In this document: positions 1 through 8,869 of the stretch, piece after piece
Numbering within the stretch: the stretch's first letter is position 1
Layout: each line of letters opens with the position of its first letter
Origin: an uncultured bacterium
GTDB lineage: Bacteria > Abyssobacteria > SURF-5
Length of the DNA: 64,000 nucleotides
Assembly: GCA_964607485.1 (NCBI GenBank)
Contig: CAZSKP010000005.1
Span: forward strand, 1-64,000
Direction: 5' to 3'
Notes under the pieces: model-generated
Told to the model about the DNA's origin: nothing
The model's database searches: none
What the model saw: the letters and a program-made list of their open reading frames with translations, nothing else
Translations under genes and position numbers: made by a program

Positions 1-38
1 GCATTCCCCCAGGCGGGGAATGCCGACCGCCTTTTTTT
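1..38 (+). terminator. Intrinsic terminator hairpin, left arm probably truncated by the window edge
   Basis: GCATTCCCC-CAGGC-GGGGAATGC stem, then CGACCGCC and a T7 run; lies just beyond the 3' end of the minus-strand acylase gene. Confidence 0.55.
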
Positions 39-76
39 ATTGAACGTCGGGTGTGAGAAACTTGGGCCCGCGCAGG

Positions 77-2482
77 TCATTCCGTGGGCATGAGCTTCAG
101 AGTCCCCTCCAGGTTGTCCTGTATCGCTTCCTTCGTGAAGAGCATCGGGTGCGCCTCGTGCTTCAGCCAGAAATCGAGCAGTTGGTCCTGGTAGTGCTTG
201 CTCGAAGGATCGCCGCTCTGCCCGCCCGGTATGACGTTGACGGCGTGCTCGACGCCGGGCTTCAGCTCGACCGTCATCCTGAGCGACGGGCCGGACCGCG
301 ACTCGAAGTCGCGGCGAAAGAACGGGAATCCGGCGTTATCGACCGTATCGTTGCTTCCGGCCCGCGGGTATGGTCCGTTGTCATAGGCGCGGTTGCGCTT
401 GCCCAATGCGTGCCGGAGGGTCGTCGTATGGATTTTTTCCCACTTCCATCCTTCCATGTCGTACCCGTACTTCAGCCCGAGATCGTCCAACGCTTGCTGG
501 AGACTGCGTGCGATAATCTGTTGCTTGGTCTCGTGTCTCGCCGTGCGAGAGTTGTCGAACCAATAATATTTCAGCCCGGCAGGCGATTCACTTCGCAGGA
601 GGAGCACGATGATTACGTCCGGATTGGATGCCCAGTACTCGAACGAATCGTGGCTGAGGTCGTCGCTGAGCGTGTTGAGCGCAACCTTCTCGAGCCACTT
701 GTTGAAAATGGTGCAGGCAGCGCTTTCCTTCGTCGCGTGGTTATCCCACTCCTCGACCATCTTCGCCGCTTTGATGGTGCGCTCGGGCAGCATCGATTTC
801 TCCGCCTCCACAGCGGACAGCAGCTGAGGCTTCAATCTTTCGGCCGCGAGCATGTAATTGTCGGCCTGAATGGCGCGCACGTCCTCGAACGCAAGTTTTT
901 CCTTTGCCGACAGGAGGTCCTTGATTCGACGCACCCGATATCCGATGTCGAAAAAGTATCCGATGTAGTACGGATACGACTTATCGACCGGCCTCGCGTT
1001 TGCCGTGGCGATGAAGTGTTCCTCCGGATTCAGAACGCGGGGCAGTTCATCGTAGGGGATGTATCCCTCCCACTCGTATTCCCCCGACGAGCCGTCGAGG
1101 GGCAGATAGGGCGCGCCGTTTCGTATCGGGACTTTCCCGGTGGGTTGGTAGAAGATGTTTCCGTCGATGTCGGCGTAGATGAAATTCTGTGCTCCCACCT
1201 CGTAATTACTCAAGGCGGTTCGGAACTCATCGACGTTGGAGGCGCGGTCGATCAGATACATGAACTTGAATTCTTTCGTCGGCTGCTGACCGGTCCAACG
1301 CATGGAGATTACTTCACCGTCTTCTCCGTGAACGACCGGCCCGTGAACGGTGAAGAGGATGTCCCGTTCAACTTCCTTCATCGAATCGCCGCTCTTGTAC
1401 TTGATTTTCTCGGTTGCCTTCTTGAAGGGCAGCGACTTTCCCTTGTGCATGTAGTGATTCTCTTGGTCGGGGTCCAGCTTCTCGACGTAGAGATCGCAAA
1501 CATCGTAGCCCACGTTGGTGACTCCCCAGGCTATGTGCTCGTTGTGGCCTATTATCACTCCCGGCACTCCGGGAAACGTCGAGCCGATGACGTTCACTCC
1601 GGGACCCATCAGGTGAACCTCGTGCCATACCGGCGGATTCGACAGGGTGAGATGGGGGTCGTTTGCGAGGATGGGCGCGCCGGTGGCCGACTTCTCGCCG
1701 TCTATGACCCAGTTGTTGCTTCCGAACAGGCGCGTCGGACCGTGGTGCGTGGAGAAATCTCCGAGGCCTGACAGGATTGGAAAGCCGTCGCGACCGAAAC
1801 CCTTCGGGATAGCGGCGCTCGCTTGTTTCCACTTGATGTGTGTTTCCGGGTCTGCCGGTTCACCCGAAATCAGCTCGAGCGCCTTGTCCTCGCCCAATTC
1901 GGAGACGAGCTTGCCCAGCATGAGTTCTTCCTCCAGCGAGCCCGATAGCTCCCACATCATCGTTCCCGGAATCAGGAGCGAGTCGATGGGATGCCACGGC
2001 TCGGGCACGTAGCCCAAATCCTTGAACTCGGGAGGGAGATTTTGCTTGTGAGTGGTGATGTAATAGTTGACGCCCGCAGCATAGGCGGCCAACAGCCTTT
2101 TCATATCATCGCTGAGAGATTCGTACGTGGCGACGGCGGCGCGGTATATCCCGATGCGCCTGACCTCGAAATCCTGGTCTATCATCGGTTCTCCCAGTAT
2201 CTCGGCGAGTCTGCCCGCGGCGAGATGCCTGTTGTATTCCATCTGCCAGAGTCGGTCGCGAGCGGTCACGAAGCCCTGCGCGAAGAAGAGGTCGGCATCG
2301 TTCGAGGCGGTCAAATGGGGAACACCGAACGTGTCGTACTGAACGATGACCGGCTCGGAGAGCTTAAACTCCGCGGCCTCCGCCCTCTGGTTCGAGAACA
2401 AAATCGCCGAGAAGAGGACCGCCCACAATGCCAATCCAATCGGGAGGCAATACGTCGGGCTGGGGATGCGTCGCGTGGTCAT
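77..2482 (-). CDS. Penicillin acylase family protein (Ntn hydrolase, acyl-homoserine-lactone acylase-like), exported
   Basis: DTFGVPH, QGFVTARDRLWQME, GSNNW beta-chain nucleophile, LANDPHL; hydrophobic signal peptide. Start placed at ATG 2482 after an AAGGAG RBS (ORF track extends to 2515). Confidence 0.92.
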   Translation of the reverse strand: MTTRRIPSPTYCLPIGLALWAVLFSAILFSNQRAEAAEFKLSEPVIVQYDTFGVPHLTASNDADLFFAQGFVTARDRLWQMEYNRHLAAGRLAEILGEPMIDQDFEVRRIGIYRAAVATYESLSDDMKRLLAAYAAGVNYYITTHKQNLPPEFKDLGYVPEPWHPIDSLLIPGTMMWELSGSLEEELMLGKLVSELGEDKALELISGEPADPETHIKWKQASAAIPKGFGRDGFPILSGLGDFSTHHGPTRLFGSNNWVIDGEKSATGAPILANDPHLTLSNPPVWHEVHLMGPGVNVIGSTFPGVPGVIIGHNEHIAWGVTNVGYDVCDLYVEKLDPDQENHYMHKGKSLPFKKATEKIKYKSGDSMKEVERDILFTVHGPVVHGEDGEVISMRWTGQQPTKEFKFMYLIDRASNVDEFRTALSNYEVGAQNFIYADIDGNIFYQPTGKVPIRNGAPYLPLDGSSGEYEWEGYIPYDELPRVLNPEEHFIATANARPVDKSYPYYIGYFFDIGYRVRRIKDLLSAKEKLAFEDVRAIQADNYMLAAERLKPQLLSAVEAEKSMLPERTIKAAKMVEEWDNHATKESAACTIFNKWLEKVALNTLSDDLSHDSFEYWASNPDVIIVLLLRSESPAGLKYYWFDNSRTARHETKQQIIARSLQQALDDLGLKYGYDMEGWKWEKIHTTTLRHALGKRNRAYDNGPYPRAGSNDTVDNAGFPFFRRDFESRSGPSLRMTVELKPGVEHAVNVIPGGQSGDPSSKHYQDQLLDFWLKHEAHPMLFTKEAIQDNLEGTLKLMPTE

Positions 2483-2698
2483 GGCTTTTCTCCTTCCAGG
2501 CATGAACTCTCCCATACTCTCTTTCGGAAGCTTCCTCCGCGAAAACGTCTCGCCGAACGTTGGGCTCGAACAGGCCGGATTATAGCACAGGGGAAACCAT
2601 ATTTCAAAAGAACGCCGTGCGCCCAGGCGAGCAGTTTTCTCCTCACTTCAGGATTTCGAAAGAATATGTTAGAATGAAAGAGTGAAAGGAGAGGTTTT

Positions 2699-3190
2699 AT
2701 GCTCGATAGGGACTCGCCTCTTTTCAGAGAGATTTTCGAAGAAACCGAAATACTCAGGAAACCGACCACCGGATTCGTGGCCGGCTACCACGTGCTTCCT
2801 TATATCTTGCTCGGCCGCTCGCTGCGAGAGGACGATAACGTGGTCGAGATACGGGGCAAGATAAACGTGTCGCCCAAATTCGTCATCTCTCCCGAACACC
2901 TCGGCCCGACCTACGGTGAACTGTTTGGAAGCGACGGGATAGATGAGGCTATCGTGGGACGCATCTTCGCTTTTCCGTACCTGAAGAGACATCAGGTCAA
3001 TATCCAGTCCGAGGAGTTCGCCGTCACGAAGCTCGAAAAAGGGCTGGAATCCGCCATCGCCTCTGTGCTCGACGAGCTCGAGCGCAAGGAGGTAATCAAT
3101 ACGGGAGTGATAATAACCCCAAACATCCGATTCTACCCCATCTCCATCGAGAAGCTCATCATGAAGATTCTCGACCGCGAATTCGAATAG
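2699..3190 (+). CDS. Hypothetical protein, 163 aa
   Basis: GGAGAGG RBS before ATG, host-like codon usage, globular-looking sequence; no family recognised. Confidence 0.75.
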   Translation: MLDRDSPLFREIFEETEILRKPTTGFVAGYHVLPYILLGRSLREDDNVVEIRGKINVSPKFVISPEHLGPTYGELFGSDGIDEAIVGRIFAFPYLKRHQVNIQSEEFAVTKLEKGLESAIASVLDELERKEVINTGVIITPNIRFYPISIEKLIMKILDREFE

Positions 3191-3230
3191 CGCCCAAATG
3201 AACCGGCCGGTAGGCGAAACCCCCGCTTTG

Positions 3231-3246
3231 TGGCAAGAAAATTGCA
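3231..3246 (+). promoter_or_regulatory. sigma54 -24/-12 promoter
   Basis: TGGCAAGAAAATTGCA matches GG-N10-GC with TTGCA. Confidence 0.55.
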
Positions 3247-3756
3247 CCATTTTTGTTCGGTCATGCCGATGAATTCCAGTTTTGTTTGATTCGCCACAGT
3301 CTAGTGGCGTCTAATCGAGAAAACGCACTGATGGCCGCGTTTTCGTTCCGAAAACGTCTCGGAAAAAGTCCGGAACACATGCGGATGAACGTGTGATTCG
3401 TTTCCCAGAAGCACATAATTGTTTCTTCCGGAACAGTTGAAACGGCAAATTTGTATCAGGCGGACGCGCCCGTAATCGACCCCCTGCCCGACGAAAGAGA
3501 GAAGGGGAGAAGATGGGGCGACGAGGCAGCCCGGAAGGCGCATGGCGGCATCTGACGTGCCATAAAGGCGGGGTGAGTTCGTCGAACAACCGCTTTGAGA
3601 AGCGCCCTTGAAAATGATGCTTGATTTCATCGATGCAATGATGGTATTATACATCATACCTCATTCGCGGTTTTCCGGGTTCAAAGAAGAAGCGGCCAGT
3701 ACAGTTGGACTGAAGAAGTTGCCAAAACCTGGATTAGCAAGAAGCAAAGGGAACAA

Positions 3757-5508
3757 TTGGAAGCTCGAACCTTGGAAAACGTGAAAGCCGTAATCGCCGC
3801 CGGAGGACTCAAGAGCCGCCATATCCATCCTGTCCGCCTCTCAAAGGCGCTCTTCCCCGTCGCAAACAAGCCCGGTGTCTTCTATACGCTTGAGACGCTG
3901 AGCGAGGCCGGAATATCCGAGGCATTTCTCGCAATCGGCAACAACGAAGTCGAATCGGTTCATTTTTCCTCGGACGGTTTTAACGGATTGTCCGTCCGCA
4001 CCGTCGTCGAAGATTACCCCAGGGGAACCGCTGGGTGCCTCAAGCAGGTCGAGGAAAATCTGAATGGGCATACGGTGGTTCTCATCGCGGCCAGCCTGGT
4101 GTTTTTCGCGAGAGAAGACCTGGAGGAAATGATACGGTTTCATCGCGAGACCGGCGCCGACCTCACCGTGGGACTCATGCCCGCCGCTGAGGGAGAGACG
4201 GATACCGAGAGAGTCATCCTCGGGCCGGACAGCGAGGTGGACGGCGTTGTGCAAATTCATTCCTCCATGAATCGGCGCTCCAATCTGAAAACTTCGGGCA
4301 TATATGTGATGGAGTCGCATGTGCTCGGACATGTCAACCCCATGGGGTTCGTCGATATGAAAGAGCAATTGCTCCCCAAGCTTCGCAGCTCCGGGCTGAA
4401 AATGGTGGGGTGGAGCCATAAGAGATACAGCTCTAATGTTCGGACCATGGGGGATTATCTGCGGATAAACTTCGAGCTTCTCAAGAACTACGAGCTTGCA
4501 AAGCGGCACTTGAGAGGATACGAGGAAATAAAAAGCCAGATTTGGGTGGGTCGTAATGTGCACATCAGCCCGTCCGCGACCCTTGTCCGCCCGCTCGTCG
4601 TCGGAGACGATGCGCGCATAGATGAAAACGCCACGGTCGTCGGACCGTCCGTCATCGGAGACAGATGCGTTCTGGAGAGGAACAGCTTCATCAGGGAGAG
4701 CATCTTCTGGCCCGACAGCACGGTGGGTGCGAATTTCGAGGTGGAGAAGTGTCTGGTGAGCGGAAAGGCGTTCAGCTCAGAGAACAGCCACTGCCGCGAG
4801 ATGATCGTGCTGGACGGGGAGTGTTACCTCGACGGTATAAGCGCCATGGCCGACGGAACGGTCATTCGCAAGGTTGTCCGAAGGCAGACCCAGGGCTGGG
4901 CGCGACTGAGGGAAAAGGCCTACCCGATACTGAAAAGACTGTTCGACGTCGTCCTATCGACAATCTTCCTGATTCTCTCCGCTCCGCTTTTCGCGCTGAT
5001 CGCGCTCGCCGTAAAGCTCGATTCCAGAGGCCCCGTCTTCTTCATTCAAACCAGATGCGGCAAGAATGCGAAGCCTTTCCGGATGATAAAGTTCCGGTCC
5101 ATGGTTAAAGACGCAGAGGAATTGAGACACACGGTCGAGCATCTCAACCGGTCTGACGGTCCGATGTTCAAGATATTCGACGACCCCCGCGAAACCCGCG
5201 TCGGCCGCTTTCTCAGGGCGAGCAACCTCGATGAGCTTCCGCAGCTCATAAACGTCCTTCGCGGACAGATGAGCCTCGTGGGGCCGCGTCCCCTCTCGAT
5301 GGGGGAGATGAAATACAACCCCCACTGGAGAGACGCCCGCCTGCAGGTGATGCAGGGCATCACCGGACTCTGGCAGATTAAGGGGAAGGACACCCACTTC
5401 TTCCACGACTGGATTCGCTACGACCTGAAATACGCCGACGAGCGCTCCATGTGGCTGGACATAAAAATAATCTTCCTCACCCTCCTGAAAGTCCTCAAAA
5501 TCTTCTGA
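3757..5508 (+). CDS. NDP-sugar pyrophosphorylase-like domain plus left-handed beta-helix, fused to a bacterial sugar transferase (WcaJ/WbaP-type phosphoglycosyltransferase)
   Basis: N-terminal AVIAAGG..LFPVANKP and GTAG; hexapeptide repeats; C-terminal KRLFDV, KFRSM, DPRETRVGRFLR, LDELPQLINVLRGQMSLVGPRP, GITGLWQ; TTG start. Confidence 0.88.
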   Translation: MEARTLENVKAVIAAGGLKSRHIHPVRLSKALFPVANKPGVFYTLETLSEAGISEAFLAIGNNEVESVHFSSDGFNGLSVRTVVEDYPRGTAGCLKQVEENLNGHTVVLIAASLVFFAREDLEEMIRFHRETGADLTVGLMPAAEGETDTERVILGPDSEVDGVVQIHSSMNRRSNLKTSGIYVMESHVLGHVNPMGFVDMKEQLLPKLRSSGLKMVGWSHKRYSSNVRTMGDYLRINFELLKNYELAKRHLRGYEEIKSQIWVGRNVHISPSATLVRPLVVGDDARIDENATVVGPSVIGDRCVLERNSFIRESIFWPDSTVGANFEVEKCLVSGKAFSSENSHCREMIVLDGECYLDGISAMADGTVIRKVVRRQTQGWARLREKAYPILKRLFDVVLSTIFLILSAPLFALIALAVKLDSRGPVFFIQTRCGKNAKPFRMIKFRSMVKDAEELRHTVEHLNRSDGPMFKIFDDPRETRVGRFLRASNLDELPQLINVLRGQMSLVGPRPLSMGEMKYNPHWRDARLQVMQGITGLWQIKGKDTHFFHDWIRYDLKYADERSMWLDIKIIFLTLLKVLKIF

Positions 5509-5552
5509 ATCCCGGATTTCCATGTCTTGCATTATGAGAAGATTAACCGTTT

Positions 5553-6575
5553 CTATGAAAGTACGATTTGTTCGTATTCAATAGGCAGGGCAAACCGGTC
5601 TTTGAGTCGTTTCAGGTACTCTTCTGCGTCTTTGTCCAGGGTACCTTCACCGGCAACGATAAGGCGCGTCGCCTCCTGGGCACCCGGCCAAAACGCGTAT
5701 TCAAGCAGTTGGCCGAGCGCCTCGCGAAGACAGGCGCGCGGTGAATGAGCAGTTTTTATTTCGTAAAACCAATACCCATCATCACGACGAACCACCACGT
5801 CAATACTGGTTCCCACACCGCTCCGGTTTTCCGTGCCAACATGTTGTTCCCCGTGGATGGCCACCAGCTTGCGATAGAGCGCCCCTTGCAGTTCATTGTG
5901 GCGGAGGCTGATGTCGAGTTGTCGCTGAACCTTTGTGACTGTAGCTGACGAAGCCTTGCTCGAACATCCGGGGCGAAATGCGAACGGAGCCTCCGCCAGC
6001 GAGGACACCGGCTGAGAGCACCCGTTACTCTCACTGTACTTGTATAGGGGCAACAGGCGGTCGAAATCGTTGAGAATCTTGTCATAATCTATCTGATCGA
6101 CGCGTTGTCGCTTTCCAAGAAAGACAAACACGCCTTTCGTTACGAGCTCCGGAGGAATAGGGCCAGGAATGTAGTCGGAGCTTTGCTCCTCTTGGTAAGA
6201 ATGCCACATGCGCATGTCCTCATACAACTCGGAGTAGAGCCGCATGAACTCATTGAAAAAGGACACTTTGCGAATCAATATCTCAATCGATGTTAGTGTG
6301 CGGCTTGGCTCGAAGGAAAAGGCGACTCCGTGCCTCAGCTCGGCGACGTTCGACAGGTACTCTATGCCGATGTTGAATTGAAGTTCAGAGTGGGTTCGCG
6401 CACCGCTATGAAAGGCGTACTTTTCATAAATCGTCTGCGAACTGAAGATGCTTTTGCATGGTGGGTGAGCCAGGTCCTTTAAATCGGCTCGAATCTCTTG
6501 AAGCGAGCCAATCGCGTACGTGTGTGACCTCGAGTTAAGTTCCTTCGTGATCTTGTGAATGTCAATCGAGTTCAT
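5553..6575 (-). CDS. Putative PD-(D/E)XK restriction-endonuclease-like protein
   Basis: C-terminal IDVV..FYEIKT..REALGQLLEY nuclease motif; separate N-terminal domain with YAFH..ELQFNIG; AT-richer than flanks. Confidence 0.7.
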   Translation of the reverse strand: MNSIDIHKITKELNSRSHTYAIGSLQEIRADLKDLAHPPCKSIFSSQTIYEKYAFHSGARTHSELQFNIGIEYLSNVAELRHGVAFSFEPSRTLTSIEILIRKVSFFNEFMRLYSELYEDMRMWHSYQEEQSSDYIPGPIPPELVTKGVFVFLGKRQRVDQIDYDKILNDFDRLLPLYKYSESNGCSQPVSSLAEAPFAFRPGCSSKASSATVTKVQRQLDISLRHNELQGALYRKLVAIHGEQHVGTENRSGVGTSIDVVVRRDDGYWFYEIKTAHSPRACLREALGQLLEYAFWPGAQEATRLIVAGEGTLDKDAEEYLKRLKDRFALPIEYEQIVLS

Positions 6576-6697
6576 ATTCTATCCTAGCTATCTTAAGGTT
6601 TGCCGCTAGGCAACGCCTTCGTATAAGTCACGTCAACAGACCATGGGTCAGGCAGACTCCTCGATATGGGTGAGCACGTTTCGGAAATGTTTTGTCT

Positions 6698-8128
6698 CTA
6701 ACGCGTCCAATGCATTTCGATGTATCGGACAGCCTCTTCTATGTCAAGTTGTTCGGTCCTATTTCCTGAGCGAACGTAGAACTCCTTCGATTGCTTCAAG
6801 TGAACCGGCTTTGGGCTTGGACTGACGCTCACGCGACACACAGTTTTCCCGACGTGTGGCGGAAGCGAGACGGCCACACACTGGGAGCAAAACTCTTGTC
6901 CCAGATAATTGTGGAGAATCTGGCAGAGGTGGCGCTGGAATCTTTCATCAGTCCCGTGTTTGAAGGACCGTAAATCCTCTTCAATTCCAACAACTGCCCG
7001 ATCATCTGCAACACCGATCAATAGAGTTCCACCTTTCGAGTTCATGAACGCCGCGACGGTCTGGACGACCTCTTTCTCAAGGTCCTTATTGACTTTATTC
7101 TGTCGGAGGTCCCACCGTAAGCTCGATTTGAATTCCAGGGTATCGCTCTCGCTGTCTGCCAGTAGTTCCTCAAGTGTCGGAACCTTGGGAAGACTCTCGT
7201 AGCGGCGCAGTAGCTCCTGTAGCTTTTCGAAGACTGCCTCAGACTTCGCGGAGCCAATATGGGCATATCCACCTGCACCAATGGGGTCCGATATTCCCTT
7301 TAGCAGGGGGTAATCTTCCTCGGGTATCTTGATCTCGACCAAGGAAGCGGCTGATTTCAATTCGGTGGCGATAAGGTATGTCTTGTGGCGTCTCGCGCAG
7401 GCATAGATCTCTTCGAACAATACCGGAATGACTGGTTCGTAGTCGTTGGGGTCCTCTTCCTCCGCCCACGCCCAGACTGCTGAGGACACGACATGCTCCA
7501 GTGTGTTCTTCAATATCTTCTTTGCATCATCGAACTCGGCGCTATGCTGCAGGCACCTGGATTTCCAGATGGAAATATTGACATCTTCGTCATAGAATCC
7601 AGCCATGTCCGGTCCGGTGAGAAATGTCAATATCTTCAGCGCACCGTCAAAGTCGTTCTCCGACATCGCGATAATGGCTGCAGTGTAGAGGTAGACGTGG
7701 ATATGGAGCAGAAAAGCGCTATCAAGCTGATTTGAGCTGTCTAAGTGATACCTCTTATTGAGCCATTGAGAGATTTTCGAAAGAGCGATATTGTATTCTT
7801 TGTACCCCCTAATCAGATCGATAATTGTACGGAAGAAGATATTGGTGATAGGGCGAAGTGTCTTGATTGCGCCAGATTGCTCCTCGTCTTCCCCATCGCC
7901 AGAGGAAAGATAGTCCATTGCGGTTAATCCTTCGGGGGAGTGCAAGTCGCAATACGGCACATTTTCAACTTCCACAGTAGCCAAATTCGCATGGCATTCA
8001 TTGCATTTCGGCGCGGTCTCATAAAGTTCGTCCACGTCGGTCTTCGTGCAGCAATCCAGACATATCTTAGCATTCCACTGATGAAAAATCCGCTCGCAAA
8101 CCTGACATACCCATGCAATTTCGGCCAT
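6698..8128 (-). CDS. Schlafen/AlbA_2 domain protein with N-terminal Cys-rich Zn-binding region and helical middle domain
   Basis: C-terminal ESDTLEFKSSLRWD..VAAFMNSKGGTLLIGVADD..FYVRSGN; N-terminal CQVC, CLDC, CNEC, CDLH; GGAGG RBS before ATG. Confidence 0.85.
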   Translation of the reverse strand: MAEIAWVCQVCERIFHQWNAKICLDCCTKTDVDELYETAPKCNECHANLATVEVENVPYCDLHSPEGLTAMDYLSSGDGEDEEQSGAIKTLRPITNIFFRTIIDLIRGYKEYNIALSKISQWLNKRYHLDSSNQLDSAFLLHIHVYLYTAAIIAMSENDFDGALKILTFLTGPDMAGFYDEDVNISIWKSRCLQHSAEFDDAKKILKNTLEHVVSSAVWAWAEEEDPNDYEPVIPVLFEEIYACARRHKTYLIATELKSAASLVEIKIPEEDYPLLKGISDPIGAGGYAHIGSAKSEAVFEKLQELLRRYESLPKVPTLEELLADSESDTLEFKSSLRWDLRQNKVNKDLEKEVVQTVAAFMNSKGGTLLIGVADDRAVVGIEEDLRSFKHGTDERFQRHLCQILHNYLGQEFCSQCVAVSLPPHVGKTVCRVSVSPSPKPVHLKQSKEFYVRSGNRTEQLDIEEAVRYIEMHWTR

Positions 8129-8458
8129 TGTCCTTCACCTCCCAAGGATCGTGCGTGGAGAAAAGCAAGCGTTGCGATCATTGCCTTGCTAGAAGCGCTC
8201 TCACACTTCCCTTCGGAACAGGGGCGATTTGGCGGTAAATTTGTTCCATCGTCGCATACATCTCCTATCATGAAAGGAAATGATCTTGTCAATGCGTAGG
8301 CGTGGGCTCCTTCGTTTTCGTCACACCTTCTCACCTACCGCAAAAGCTTTGAATGAAGTCCGCAGCTTTTCTTTCATGATGCCTCTCAGATAATCAGGGG
8401 CATAAGATGAATCGATTTATTTGTCTGAATTTGACATGCAAGCGAAGGTGGAGGGGAG

Positions 8459-8869
8459 CTACACCAGTATCCACGATATCCACGCAACGATAAGAATCCA
8501 TGGAATTGATTTACTCGTAAATCTTCCAAGCTTGCTAGCGCACTTGCCACCACCCGGCATAGGATAATGCTTGATCAGAGGTTCACATTCTTTTTTATGC
8601 TTATCGATCGACCTGTAGGCCGCACATATACCTAGAAAGGTGACGAATGCCACCAGAGCGCCAGTGAACGGTATGACACACAGAAGCCAGCGTCGCAGAG
8701 ATTCAAGAGATGTTTGATTGTTTGTCATTAACGCAAGAGATGCGAAAAGGAAGCCTTGGAAAGTGAGCATCCACGTAAGGCGGTTATTTATTAAATTTTC
8801 CTCGTGACTAATTTGCCCGGCAAGATGCTGGTGCAGGAATTTCTCATCATCATGCTCAACTACGTCCAC
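8459..8869 (-). CDS. Small membrane protein with 2-3 TM segments, resembling SLATT/RipA-like pore-type proteins
   Basis: HEENLINNRLTWMLTFQGFLF leading into TM1, then TM2 LLCVIPFTGALVAFVTFLGI and a C-terminal hydrophobic helix; GTG start after GAGGAG (ORF track starts at TTG 8899). Confidence 0.65.
   Translation of the reverse strand: MDVVEHDDEKFLHQHLAGQISHEENLINNRLTWMLTFQGFLFASLALMTNNQTSLESLRRWLLCVIPFTGALVAFVTFLGICAAYRSIDKHKKECEPLIKHYPMPGGGKCASKLGRFTSKSIPWILIVAWISWILV

Noticed and set aside
53-1771. 572-aa plus-strand ORF
   Set aside because: Antisense shadow of the acylase gene, with no motifs; typical of GC-rich coding sequence.
3440-3480. c-di-GMP-I riboswitch (GGCAAA..GACGC resemblance)
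   Set aside because: It lacks the GNRA tetraloop stem and the GCAAAGC continuation.
6576-6700. attC integron cassette sites between island genes
   Set aside because: No RYYYAAC..GTTRRRY paired structure after the stops, and no integrase.
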